Of a stretch of DNA of 64,000 nucleotides, positions 50,158 to 62,830 are shown one piece after another (the first letter of the stretch is position 1; each line of letters opens with the position of its first letter). The notes under the pieces were generated by a model. That model did not search any database and was not told the origin of the DNA. It saw nothing but the letters and a program-made list of their open reading frames with translations. The stretch is taken from positions 12,003,872-12,067,871 of the forward strand of contig NC_068984.1 in NCBI RefSeq assembly GCF_001194135.2. Reading direction: 5' to 3'. The position numbers and the translations under genes were made by a program. The DNA is from Octopus bimaculoides (Eukaryota).

Positions 50158-50444
50158 CGTAGGTAGATAGATAGATATAGATAGATAGATAGATAGTTAG
50201 GTAGGTTCAGTTGCTATGATTGACCACTAAATCTACAAGTTTTTTTATTCTTTCTCTGTTTATTTCCTCATGTTTCTGTTGAAGAGTGTTAGCTCGAAAC
50301 GTAAAAGACTTTATCGTCTTCCTGTGCTTCAAACTAATACACCTGCTTGTTGTTTATACATCTGTCGTCATCTTTTGTTTTTCTGTAAATTTCAACTAGT
50401 TAGGTAGGTAGATAGATAGATAAACAGATAGTTAAGTAGGTAGG

Positions 50445-50523
<79 letters not shown>

Positions 50524-50610
50524 GTAGATAGATTGGAGGAAGAGAAAGATAGGTAGGTAAGTTGGGTTGGTTGCTAGGTACGTAGACAGATAGATAACTA
50601 GACAGATAGA
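50005..50610. repeat. (GATA)n microsatellite field
   Basis: Directly visible; interrupted by a Penelope-like end. Confidence 0.95.
50250..50398 (+). mobile_element. Penelope-like 3' end
   Basis: CTGTTGAAGAG..CTCGAAACGTAAAAGACTT..AAACTAATACACCTG..TGTAAATTTCAAC; second copy at 12493-12630. Confidence 0.55.
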
Positions 50611-50630
50611 AAGGCCTAAACATACAGTTG

Positions 50631-50919
50631 GGTATTTTACAGAAAAATAGAGGCAGTCTCAGATGCAGAATAGCTGTGGAAGCAGCTTAGAAGATCAGGT
50701 AAATATACTTAGAAGACAGAAAAAAGTGGCCAGCAAGTCACTACAAAGAATCAGAACATGTACCTCTCAAATTCTGGAATCTGAGCAGTTCAGATTTTGA
50801 TTCTCTGTAGTGGCTTGCTGGCCTCTTTTTTCTGTCTTCTAAGAGTATTTACTCAATCTCCTAAGCTGCTTACACAGCTCTTCTGCATTCGGGATTTCCT
50901 TTATTTTCTGTAAAATACC
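50631..50919. mobile_element. Second foldback element with ~125-bp imperfect arms
   Basis: GGTATTTTACAGAAAA..AAGAATCAGAAC pairs with GATTTTGATTCTC..TTTTCTGTAAAATACC. Confidence 0.85.
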
Positions 50920-50969
50920 AATTCACTTGAAGTTTATTTATAAAAATGTTCTCATACAGACAGATAGAT

Positions 50970-51300
50970 TCATCATCATCATTTAGCATCTGCTTTCCAT
51001 GCTGGGATGGGTTAGATGGTTTAACTGAAATTGGTAAGCTGGAGAGCTGCACCAGGTTCCAATCTGATTTGGTATGGTTTCTATGGCTGGATGCCCTTCC
51101 TAACACTATCTGCTCCAAGAGTGCAATGGGTGCGTTTTATGTGCCACCAGTATGGGTACCAGTTATGCAACACCAGTATTGGCCACCACTACAATTTCAC
51201 TTGGCTTGACAAGTCTTCTCAAGTGCAGAATATTGCTAAAGGTCTCAATCATTTATCACTTCCATGAGGCCCAATGTTTGAGGGTTGCTTTTTATGTGTC
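50970..51300 (-). mobile_element. Family A repeat extending into the RTE ORF end
   Basis: Family A core, then GGCTTGACAAGTCTTCTCAAGTGCAG..AAAGGTCTC..CCATGAGGCCCAATGT. Confidence 0.85.
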
Positions 51301-52007
51301 ACTGGCACAGATAGATACTAGAAAGGCAAATAGCCAGTAGATTAATAAAAAGATAGCTGGATGGATGGATGGATGGACGAATGGACGGACAGATGGACAG
51401 ACAGACAGACAAATAGATATTTAGTTGAGTAGGTTGGGTTGATTGGGTAGATAGATAGACAGGTTGGAAGGCAGGTAGATAGACAGATAGATAGACAAAG
51501 ATATAGATAAATAGATAGATAAAATGACAGACAAGGAAACAGATAAACAGACAGGCAGACCGACAGAAATAAATAGAGATATATTGATAGAAGATGCTTG
51601 TACCTATAACTTGTAAGAAAGAAAGTTATGTTGGCTCAGTCCACCTAGCTGTAAGTAGCTATCTATATGTTGAATTTGATTCAATCCCATTGAGCTACAC
51701 CTCAGGCAAATGTCTTTTATGAGCTTCAATTTGACAAATGTCTATGTGAGTAAAATTCGGTAAATGGAAACTGTGTGAAAGTATGTAAGAGGAACCGTTC
51801 TTGTTCTTGGATGGTAGACTTAACCTGTTACTTGCCCCACACACACACACACACAACCACCACTGCTGCTGCCACCACCACCACCACCACCACCATCACA
51901 CCTGCTGCCACCGGCGCTGGTTTAGTCACTACCACCACCACCACCACCACCACCACCACCACCACCTGGCCCTTGGGAGCTTTTCAAGCCTGGTCTCCAG
52001 TCTAATG

Positions 52008-52391
52008 NNNNNNNNNNNNNNNNNNNNNNNNNNNNNNNNNNNNNNNNNNNNNNNNNNNNNNNNNNNNNNNNNNNNNNNNNNNNNNNNNNNNNNNNNNNNN
52101 NNNNNNNNNNNNNNNNNNNNNNNNNNNNNNNNNNNNNNNNNNNNNNNNNNNNNNNNNNNNNNNNNNNNNNNNNNNNNNNNNNNNNNNNNNNNNNNNNNNN
52201 NNNNNNNNNNNNNNNNNNNNNNNNNNNNNNNNNNNNNNNNNNNNNNNNNNNNNNNNNNNNNNNNNNNNNNNNNNNNNNNNNNNNNNNNNNNNNNNNNNNN
52301 NNNNNNNNNNNNNNNNNNNNNNNNNNNNNNNNNNNNNNNNNNNNNNNNNNNNNNNNNNNNNNNNNNNNNNNNNNNNNNNNNNNNNNNNNNN
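52008..52391. other. Assembly gap between microsatellites
   Basis: Run of N. Confidence 1.
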
Positions 52392-52394
52392 ATA

Positions 52395-52499
<105 letters not shown>

Positions 52500-52907
52500 A
52501 CACACAAACACACACATGCAGAAAAAGAGAGAGATAGTATCAATATTTGTATAGGTTTGACTTGTTCCATTAAAGTAGAATTCAAAGGTAACGTACGTTA
52601 ATTATTCTGAATCTTGAAAAATTTCAATTAATTTCAAGTGTGGTACCAAAACAAATCATAATATTAAATCAAAACAAAACTCATGCAATGTGAGAATCTA
52701 AAAAAAATCTTTGAGATATTTCCTGAGTGTTGATGATGTAAAGAAAGATGAATTGATTCTGACAAAGCTTGGAGTCAATTCAATAGATTTAAACATACAT
52801 ATGTATATGTATATACATACATACATACACACACACATACATATATGTGTGTGTGTGTTTTTATATACATATATATATATATATATATACACACATATTT
52901 ATGCATC

Positions 52908-52943
<36 letters not shown>

Positions 52944-53599
52944 CATATATGTATATATGTATCTATCTATCTATTTATCTAATATATATATGTGTGTGTA
53001 TATATATATTGTTTGGCACCATTTTATTGATTTTATTTGTAATAGTAATATTAATATTTCACACTATGAACAATTGATCTACATTCTACATTGCTTTTGA
53101 AATCTTCTCAGAGACTAAGCCATTTCACTTCTTGTGATGTTGCAGATGGAAAATCGAAGAGCATGCATTAATTGACATTTTCTCTTTTATCCTGAAGTTT
53201 AAGGGCTGTAAAGGGAATATTGAGAGATCTGAACCAAATTCTGTTTCAGTGCCGTTGAAGATAAAAACTGCCAAATTACATATCTCAATAATTTCATATT
53301 AATTTGTCAGCTTAATTGCATAGACATGAAACGAAAACTGAAAGGAAATACCTTCAAAATGGAAAATGTGTTGCTTGAACAGTGAACCTGATATCTTTTT
53401 GAATTCAATATCTCTACCACGTATGCTTATAAAATAAAAAAACAATGCAGCACCCATGATCATCATCTAGGACACAGTCATGTCAGAACCCCAGCCGAGA
53501 TAGTTGCTCACCAGCTGTCAACTTAAAGCCACATATGGCTATGGTACAGCCATACTTATAGCCTGCATCTCCAATATTTGGAAACATGATGCAAAGATG

Positions 53600-54000
53600 G
53601 CTTTAAGTTGACAGCTGTTGAGCAAATATCTTAGCTGGGGCTCTAACATGACAACATCCTTGATAATAGTTATGGGTTATTTTATAAGCGTGCTTATGCT
53701 TCCTACAAAGAACTGCTTGCATGCATGCATCAGCTTGCAACTGCCCACCTCACAGCTATCTGTCACATGTGCTGGTATGGACATCTCCTCCATCTCCTGT
53801 TAGATCATCCTACCAGGGCTTTACTATCATTCAGCTCAGCAACTGTGGGCTGGAAGAGACCTTGCAGCAGGCCCCGCACCAGATGGCTTGATGTGATTGG
53901 GGAAGATCTCCAGAGGCCCAACGTCACCTTGGAGGATTCAGAGGGGCTGGCATGAGACAGCCAGCAATGGTGACCACTGGTGGACCTGGTCACCTCTACA
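53600..54000 (+). mobile_element. RTE-type LINE 3' fragment
   Basis: WYGHLL.., GWKRPCSRPRTRWLDVIGEDL motif. Confidence 0.75.
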
Positions 54001-54109
54001 CATAATGAAACCTCTGGGATAAACTAACTAGGAATCACCCCAGCCCCATCAAGCAAGAGCATGAAGCCAGAAGCTAGTCAGATCTCCCATCAAGAATTCT
54101 TATCTTGTC

Positions 54110-54725
54110 CAGAATATCAATTTACTGAAAGCTATTCAAAGATGTGCAGCCACATGAATGCCCTTCCTCAGTTACTCACCATATATTGAATGTATTACTT
54201 CTTTGGTTGTCAACATACTAAGGTTTTTGATGCTTAGCAACTAACTTGGTAAAAGTCCCCAAGATTATCCACCACATTTACAACAACATTGGCCACCTTT
54301 TTTAATTCAGCATCTCTACCACCTGTAGATGCACTTAAAAAAAAAAAATTAAAAAAAAAAAACAGTGCAACACCTCTCATTTTTCTAAACATTTTTTTCC
54401 TGCTTAGAATTGTCAAAGCATGGAATAAACTACCCACATTGGTTGTTAGCCGTCAGAACATTGCATCCTTCCAAAGTTTCCTGTTTCTTGAAATTTGCTA
54501 GCATGACTCTTGACATAGATATGTACTCTTTCCTCTTTTTACTGTTCACTTTTCCGAATTTTTATTTTATTCTATGAACAATACAAGTACTTCTGGTGAT
54601 AAGTGCTATCTTTTTTACTTGGTTTATTGGTGCTTTCTGTCACCTCTTTGACCCTTTTCTGACAAGCTATAGTGCACTTAAATACTGTATACAATAATCT
54701 CATTATTATTATTATTATTATTATT
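54110..54725 (+). mobile_element. CR1/L2-type LINE 3' end with (ATT)n tail
   Basis: FFLLRIVKAWNKLPTLVV..NIASFQ motif; (ATT)n at about 54703-54725. Confidence 0.7.
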
Positions 54726-55532
54726 AAATTTCGCCGAGGTTGACTTTACCTTTCATCCTTTAGGGAGTCGATAAAATAAGTACCAGTTGAATACCGGGGT
54801 CAATGTAATCGACTCATTATTTAGCACTTGGTCTATAATATAACAAGGAAGAGATGCAGTCATTTAGTCAACCTGAGTACAAGCAAACCCTGCATTATGG
54901 TAGTGCTGTTTTCCTGGTAATCTTGTCATAATGTGGATTCCTTAACATGAAATATATTTTCTTATGACTTTTGTGTTCATTGACCTCCATGTAGCGGTGG
55001 TGGTGAATCTGTCTTTTTGATGATGAGAATTCCTTTAATCATCTGAATTACCTGCTCCTGAATTAACAGGTAAATGAAAGAACATTCCACAGACGTGTAC
55101 CCTTGATGTGATTCTCAGACAGAATCTCTGACAAGACTGTAGCTTATGAATTACTTGTACAACCCATCTGACAGTCATCTATAGCATTTTTGTCACCCTG
55201 GTTACACTCATAACCTGACATTTGCCCAAGATGCTCTGCAGTGAGATTGAACCTGAAACCTCATGGTTGCAAAGCAAACATTTTAACTATTCAACCAAAA
55301 TATGCCAGCAACTTCCATGTAGCATGGTAATAAATGGGAGAGAAGCTTCGTGTTATGAGAATTCAACATTACACTTCTGTAACACAAAGATGCTTGTATG
55401 TTACTGGGATTCCCTCAAGCTAATTCAGAAGTCTCTGTGTGGTTACTTAACATGTTAAAAATAACAGCTGAATTTCCACCAATTAATTGTACTCATTATC
55501 TTAAATAAGGAAAGTCACATTATGCTAGTCCT

Positions 55533-55852
55533 ATCGGACTGGCTCCCATGCTGGTGGCATGTAAAAAGGACCATGTGAGTGTAATCAATGCCAGTGTCAC
55601 CTGACTGGTCTCATGCCGGTGGCATGTAAAAAGCACCATTCGAGCATGGTCGTTGCCAGTGCCACCTTACTGGATCCTGTGCCAGTGGCATGTAAGAAGC
55701 AGCCACTACACTCTTGGAGTGGTTGGCGTTAGAAAGGGCATCCAGATGTAGAAACCTTACCAGATCAGACTTAAGCGTGGTGTAGCCCACTGGCTTGCTA
55801 GTCCTCAGTCAAACTCTCCAACCCATGCCAGCATGGAAAGTGGACGTTAAAC

Positions 55853-55892
<40 letters not shown>
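55533..55892 (+). mobile_element. Family A repeat nested in another short repeat
   Basis: Three GGCATGTAA units, core, (GAT)n tail; flanks resemble the repeat seen at 8780-8930, 44420-44600 and 57420-57560. Confidence 0.85.
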
Positions 55893-56084
55893 TACTCCTA
55901 GACATACCCTTAAAATGTTGGCATGGTCACAGTTGGAATGCCTTTATAAGTTTGGTTAATCAGGCTAAACAATTACAAATGGAACTCTATTTATTAACTG
56001 CTAAAGTGAAGATGATCTTTGGTGCCTGGAACTCAGAACTATGAGAATAAAACAAAATATATTTTTTACTCCCAGAAATAAATG

Positions 56085-56315
56085 GCAGAAACGTTAGCAC
56101 GCCGGGCGAAATACTTAGCGGTAATTCGTCTGCCGTTACGTTCTGAGTTCAGATTCCACCGAGGTCAACTTTGCCTTTCATCCTTTCGGGGTCGATAAAT
56201 TAAGTACCAGTTACGCACTGGGGTCGATGTAATCGACTTAATCCCTTTGTCTATCCTTGCTTGTCCCACCTATGTTTAGCCCCTTGTGGGCAATAAAGAA
56301 ATAAGAAATAAATGT
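56085..56315 (+). mobile_element. Family N SINE, young full copy
   Basis: GGCAGAAACGTTAGCACGCCGGGCGAAA..GTCAACTTTGCCTTTCATCCTTTCGGGGTCGATAAATTAAGTACCAGTT; CpGs intact. Confidence 0.9.
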
Positions 56316-56929
56316 AAGAACAGAAACTATGACAGTATAACCAAATGTACCCAACCCATTTCTGGAGGTGGCCACTATTAAAGCTTCAAGACATATGAAC
56401 TAAACCAACAGAGGGGATTTTATATATAACTCAAGTTACTAGAAATACAAGCAAAATCTCTGTTAAATCCCACCATTTTGAAAGGGAAAGACATTTTATT
56501 TGATTTTTCTTCTCTCAAACTGCAACTCTCAGGAACTCCTTCACTGGCCACCATTTCTCTCAAATATCAGGAACTAATACAGAAGAGTTTAAATTAAATA
56601 CTTCTTTCTTAGCTAAATCTATATTTGCCTTTGGTAAGGCATAATAAACATTTTCAAAATACAATAGTTTCAAAACACAATAAACAAGTAAAATATTTTA
56701 TTGGAAAATGAAAAAAAATTATTCTATGTGATGAATATGAGAGTAACAGAAAAAGAAAAATTTAAATACTTCTATTCATTTCTCTGTATATTCCAAATCT
56801 CACTTCTATGCTGATCTAGAAAAACGAAAAACAAGGCCTATATGTGGTTGCTTAATTTTTCTAGAAATAGCAAACAAATCACCCTCAAATCATACCCTCT
56901 GTCTTAAAAGGGGAAAGAAATATTGGTTT

Positions 56930-57135
56930 CAAATTTTGGCACAAGGCCAGCAATTTCAAGGAAGTAGGTAAGTCGATTACATCAACCCCAGTGTTCAACT
57001 GGTACTTATTTTATCGACCCTGAAAGGAAGAAAGGCAAAGTCAACCTTGATGGAATTTGAACACAGAATATAAAGACAGACGAAATGCCACTAATCATTT
57101 TGCCTGATGTGCTAACAATTCGGCCAGCTCGTGAC
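56930..57135 (-). mobile_element. Family N SINE
   Basis: Reverse complement of family N head and core. Confidence 0.85.
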
Positions 57136-57584
57136 CCTAAAAGGGAAAGAAATATTGAAATAGGCACGGATATGGCTGCATGGTTGAGAAGTTTGCTTTT
57201 CAAATAGGGAGAAGAGATAGCATGTTCATGGGTCAGAGTGTGAAGTGTCAAGTGACATTTCTTTCTATGTGGTTGAAGGTGTCTGTGTCTATAGCAGCAC
57301 CATCATCTCAGAAAGAAATAGGATCTCTGAGATTTGTGAGTCTCACTTGAGTCTTGTAAAGTGTTTGTAGTTGTTTGAGATTGAAGTATTCTTTCACTCT
57401 GTAAAAGAAGCCAGTTGCAAGAAGCAGCAACCAATTTTCCCTCAAATCATATCCTAGAGTCTTGCAAAAGGAAATGAACCTGTGATTAATGTAGTCTTAC
57501 ATGCCCTTAAATGACAGGATGGTCATGGTTGGAATCCTTTCGATGATAGGTTTGCTCAGTCAGGACACATACTGGCATCTGTGT

Positions 57585-57922
57585 TACTGGCATGTAAAAA
57601 GCACCTTTTGAGTGTTGGTCCTCACAGAGGCAATGACTGAGATCTTTGGCATTATGTTGTGCTTGAGAGGAAGACCCATCAAGCCAAATAAAATCACCGT
57701 CGTGGCAGATACTGGTGTCACATAAATGGCACCTGTGCCAGTGGCACGTAAAAGCACCTATTACATTCTTGGAGTGGTTGGCATTAGGAAGGGCATCCAG
57801 CTGTAGAAACCATACCAAATCAGATTGGAGTCTGCTGCAGCCTTCCAACTTGCCCGCTCTGGTTGAACCATCTAACCCATGCCAGCTTGGACAATGGACA
57901 TTAAATGATGATGATGATGATG
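57585..57922 (+). mobile_element. RTE ORF end continuous with family A and (GAT)n tail
   Basis: TTGGTCCTCACAGAGGCAATGAC..TGTGCTTGAGAGGAAGACC runs straight into the family A core. Confidence 0.85.
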
Positions 57923-57989
57923 AAGTCAGTATTGTACCTTACTTTTGTGTTAGCAGTGCAATGTTGTCATTTTGAAGTTTATCTCTACA

Positions 57990-58805
57990 GATTTTGTATA
58001 GAATTTAAAGGAGTTGACAGTGAGTTTGAAGGAAAAGTGGTTATTAGAGGAAAAGTAGAGGAGACAGAGTTGGGAGACAATATGTTAGCATGTTAATGAT
58101 TGTTGCATACTACTGTATGAAATCTTGTTTATCCTTGAGGTTGTCTCTTTTGGACACAACTGAGAATGTTTGTGTGAGGCAGCTCACCCTCCAGGATATA
58201 TGAACAATATTATTATTCTATAATATCATATTTATAATATATTCTAATAATATCATATTATTCCTATGTCATATCCTGTATTATAAAACAAAGTGTCAAA
58301 GGAAGAGCTGCAGTACAAAATGGATTGCACAAGTATTATCCCTGAAATAAAATGCTGGTAGGTCAGATGGCTGGGTCATGGACACAGAATGAATTGGAAC
58401 AGAGTACCAAGGTAGCAATACGATAGATGCCTCAAGGAAAGCAGAAACCTGAAAGGCCAAAGAACACCTGCCATAAAACAATTGAAGTTTAGCTAAGAAA
58501 ACTGAATCTTACATGGGGAAAGATACACAGTGAGTTGCTAAAAATTGGTTTGAATGGCATCAAATTATTGACATTTTATTTCCTAGAAACGAATCATGAC
58601 GATGATGATAATCATCATCACCACCTCCACCACCACCACCACCACCACCACAACCACTGATGTCACCAATGTCACCACTGCTGCTACCGTCGCTACTACT
58701 ACTACCATTATCCCGGCTGCTGCCCCCACCACTATTGCTGCTGTCACTGCCTCCACCACCACTGATGCCATTGCTGCCACCGCCACCACCACCACCACCA
58801 CCACC

Positions 58806-58838
<33 letters not shown>

Positions 58839-59990
58839 TAGGATGTCTGTGTGTGCTGCAGCAGCGCCATCCCAGATGTGAGAGCAATACTCCATTGTGT
58901 TTCTCATCTGAACTTTGTAGAGCATCAATAATTGTTGGGATGTGATTCTAGCTTTGCTAAGGATGTGTATTTGCCAAAATAGATCCTCCTTGATAGTGAA
59001 ACCCAACAACTGGAGCAATTTTGAGTGCTCTAACTGAGTGTTGCTTTTGATTAGAAGGTCTGGTATGATAATGTTTTCTCAATGTGAATAGTGCTTGTGT
59101 TGTTGTCTTGCTATCTAAGCAGCCAAAATTGGCATATCTCCATTCAAGGCTGCCAAGGTCTCTGTTCATGAAGTCAGTGTGCTTTTAGTCTTCAGCTATC
59201 TAGGCTGCAGGTAGATAATGCAACCGTGTAAGGAGCCTGTATGAGAGTGGATGGTGTTAGATGTGGCCACTAGAAAGTCATTGATGTACAGAAGGAAGAG
59301 TTTGGAACAAAACTGAACACTGAGGCACACTGGAGTTGATAGGGCGAGGGACTGAAAGACCTCCCACAGCAATACAGTAATCTGATATGAAGCTACTGAT
59401 CCAAAATAGGGGAGGTGAATGGAGCCAACAGGCAAAACTTTATGATAGGACATTCATATGCCAGACAAAGTTGAAAGATTTGTTGAAAGTGAAGATGTTA
59501 CTTCCACCGAACACCTCCAAGGCAAGAGCCTACTGGTAGTTGACAGAGGAGAGTAGGTCACCAATGGATCTAGTTTAATAGAAACTGTACTGTAGCTTAT
59601 TAAGAAGATAAAGGGGGAGAGATTGAAAGTGTTGAGGGATGTCATTGTTAATGACTGCCCCTATTACCTTAGAACTATTAGAAGTGAGTGCAATAGGACA
59701 ATAGTTGGTAGGGTCAGAGAAGCTGCTTTTCTTGAGGATGGAACACATTGTAGTATGTTTCCAAAGATTGGAATAAATCCCAGTAAAGAATGGGATGAGG
59801 GAGTGAAGAGTTTGGTCGGTGTAGAAGCTGGTTCTTGGGTGCAATATTTGAGGAGGATAATGGAAGTGATACCATCAAGATTGGTGGCATTGTTGGTTTG
59901 AAATGATTTAACACACTTTTGTACTTGGTGTGTGTATATGCAAAACTGAGGGGGTGGAAAAGGATAGAATTGAAGGTGGTTTGCTAAGTA
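57990..59990 (-). mobile_element. Decayed CR1-group LINE RT, interrupted by (CAC/CAT)n
   Basis: FSDPTNYCPIALTS.SKV, LFLLYINDFL, LLMLYKVQMRNTMEYCSHIWDGA motifs. Confidence 0.85.
58590..58840 (+). repeat. (CAC)/(CAT)/(CTG) microsatellite
   Basis: Directly visible. Confidence 0.95.
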
Positions 59991-60039
59991 TGGGCAGTGT
60001 GGAATTGGCTACAAAATGGACAGCGAAGGCAGTCCTCAG

Positions 60040-60625
60040 TCAAATCGTCCAACCCATGCTAGCATGGAAAGCGGACATGAAACGATGATGATGATGATGA
60101 TGATGATGATGAATAGTTTGAGAGCTGAATGATGTACAAAGCCATCTGTTGCCGATTGGATAATGGCTTTGCAGATGTTACATTGCTGGGTAAATGTTTA
60201 CCAGGGTGAGTGAGTTTTTTGAGTTTTGCCAGCCACTGGCATATGTAAAAAGCACCCATGCTGGTTCCACATGAAAAGTATCCATGCTGATTTCACATAA
60301 AAAGCACCAATGCTAGTGTCATGAAAAAAGCACCCATGCTAATACCACATGACAAGCATCCATGCTGGTGCCATATGAAAAGCATTCATGCTAGTGTCAC
60401 ATACAAAACACTTATGCTGGTACCACAAAAAAAGCACCCATGCTAGTGCCATGAAAAAAAAAGCACCCATACTGGTCCCACGTAAAAAGCACCCATGCTG
60501 GTGCCACACAACAAACACCTGTGCTGGTGCCACCTAAAATACACACCCATGCTGGTGCCACATAAAAAGCACTCATGTTGGTGTCACATTAGGAGCACCC
60601 ATGCTGGTGCCATGTAAAATGCATC
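60040..60625. mobile_element. Family A fragments with an expanded ~25-bp tandem array
   Basis: About 14 AAAAGCACCCATGCTGGTGCCACAT-like units at 60245-60625. Confidence 0.8.
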
Positions 60626-60745
60626 CATACTTTGGGAAAAGTATAAATCTGTGGTATCTATGGCTAACAAAACTTATGTAAAGCAACTCCATGAAAACAG
60701 ATACTTCTTATCCATTTTGGTCTCTGTATTCACAATAAAGATATT

Positions 60746-60962
60746 CTTTTCTACTTTAGGCACAAGGCCTGAAATTTTGGGGGAGGGGGCCAGTCAATTA
60801 GACCGACCCCAATATGCAACTGGTACTTAATTTATTGACCCCAAAAGGATGAAAGGCAAAGTCGACCTCGGTAGAATTTGAACTCAGAACGTAACGGCAG
60901 ACGAAATATCGCCAAGCATTTCACCCAGCAGGCTAACAATTCTGCCAGCTCGCCACTTTTCC
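60746..60962 (-). mobile_element. Family N SINE with TSD
   Basis: 13-bp TSD CAATAAAGATATT / CAATAAAAATATT. Confidence 0.9.
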
Positions 60963-61379
60963 CAATAAAAATATTACAAATGATGATGATGATGATGATG
61001 ATAATGATTATAGGCCTTTACATTTTGTCTGAACAACTTCAGCACAAATATTTGTTTCACACCAGTTTATCAAAGAGGAATTAACAGACAAGCGCCATAA
61101 ATAACATTTTCCTCGTAACTTTTGCTTTGTTTCCTCACTCTCTTCTTTTGGGTATCATCTATTAGATTTTTGTTTCCTGCATTTCTACCTTCCATTATTT
61201 TCCATATACACCAAGCAGATTCAGCCATTTATCATCCATTTATCATCCATTTTTCAATAAGCACACTACATTAACTTTGCTATGACTATGGAAAATGTTG
61301 CATATTCTTCAATCTAAATGCCCTCAAAGTGTCAACCTCTGCAGAATTTGAATATTTTGATAAGGTTTATAGACTCAAC

Positions 61380-61690
61380 ACATTCTGATTTAACAGATTT
61401 AGAAGTTGCAATTTGTGTCAAGGATGATAGCAATGTGGAAGACATGAAAGGACATGTAGCCAAGCTTTCTTGATTGGAAGCATGCTACTGAGCCAAAGGG
61501 TACTTTAGCTACCCATCAGATGTCCAATTTTATATCACAGTTGCTTCTTTATGGGAAGACTATGAAAGACTTTGGGAAAAGTATAAATCTGTGGTATCTA
61601 TGGCTAACAAAGCTTATGTGAAACAACTCCATGAAAACAGATACTTCTTATCCATTTTGGTCTCTGTATTCACAATAAAAATATTACAAA
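61380..61690 (+). mobile_element. hAT transposase N-terminal fragment (ZMYM1/TTF-like region)
   Basis: Frameshifted DWKHATEPKGTLATHQMS..ASLWEDYERLWEKYKSVVSMANKAYVKQLHENRYFLSIL. Confidence 0.55.
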
Positions 61691-62097
61691 GAAAATAGAG
61701 TAGTGAGTGATAATGTTACTGTGTAATTCAAAATAACTTGTGAGAATACTGAAAGAACTGATATGAAAAAAACATTAATTCCTTCTCTCTCTCTCTCATT
61801 GCATTTTTTCCCAATATTCATGTTCTTCTATATAATCGTTAACAGAAATTGCAATAACAGAATCAATTTCCAGACTTGAAATAGAAAATCTTTGCATGCT
61901 TATTTTTTCTACTTTAAATTTGTTCTATCAACCATTTATTTAATGAATTCATTCCCTGTAGTGAGATTAATTTCAATATTAATGTCGTGTACAGTAGAGT
62001 GCAGCTGAGTCTTTTAATCATATTGCATATATTCCAGTTAACAATTTTTAGATCTGAATTTCTGATACGACGGATGACATTATTATATATTAATGTA

Positions 62098-62310
62098 AGG
62101 CAGTGAGCTGGCAGAATCGTTAGCACACCGAAGGAAATGCTTAGCAGCATTTCATCTATCTTTATGTTCTGAGTTCAAATTCTGCTGAGGTCAGCTTTGC
62201 CTTTCATCCTTTCAAGGTTGATAAAATAAGTACCAGTTGAGCACTGGGATTGATGCAATCAACTTAAACCCTTTCCCTAAATTGCTGGCCTTGTGTCAAA
62301 ATTCGAAACC
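62098..62310 (+). mobile_element. Family N SINE
   Basis: GAGCTGGCAGAATCGTTAGCAC..CTTTGCCTTTCATCCTTTC..TAAGTACCAGTTGAGCACTGG. Confidence 0.85.
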
Positions 62311-62654
62311 ATTTATACACTAATGTCCTTCATCTTGGTTAGAACTGCACAATGGGTTTTTTAAAAACTCTCCAGGCTTCTTCAAGTACCTGATATATGT
62401 GGTAGGAGAGAAACTAATATTTTTTGGAGAGAAGGCAGTGCCCATAACCCTTTACAGGGTCCCTGAGACTGGTGGGAAAGAGTGAGGAAGGTGTCCTCAA
62501 GCCAGGAACCTAGCTTGAATGCTTGCAAGGACCCCACTAAAGGCACTCAGGTGGAGGTGTTGAACTGGACAAAGCATTAAGTCTGCCACCCAAGCAGGCC
62601 ATGGTGAGATTTGAACTCAGAATGCAAAGAGGAGGAACAAATACTGCAAGACAT

Positions 62655-62830
62655 CTGGTGCTGGTGCCACATAAAAAGCACCCAGTACATTCTGTAAAAT
62701 GGTTGGTGTTAGGAAGGGCAACCAACTGTCGAAATCATGCCAGAACAGACAATGGAGCCTGGTGTGGCCTGTCTAACCCATGTCAGCATGGAAAACAGAT
62801 GGTAAATGATGATGACGATGATGATGATGG
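62655..62830 (+). mobile_element. Family A repeat
   Basis: GGTGCCACATAAAAAGCACCC..GGTGTTAGGAAGGGC..ATGGAAAAC..(GAT)n. Confidence 0.8.

Noticed and set aside
58560-59018. 152-aa ORF with poly-Gly/Asp
   Set aside because: A CR1 RT fragment read through a microsatellite, not a gene
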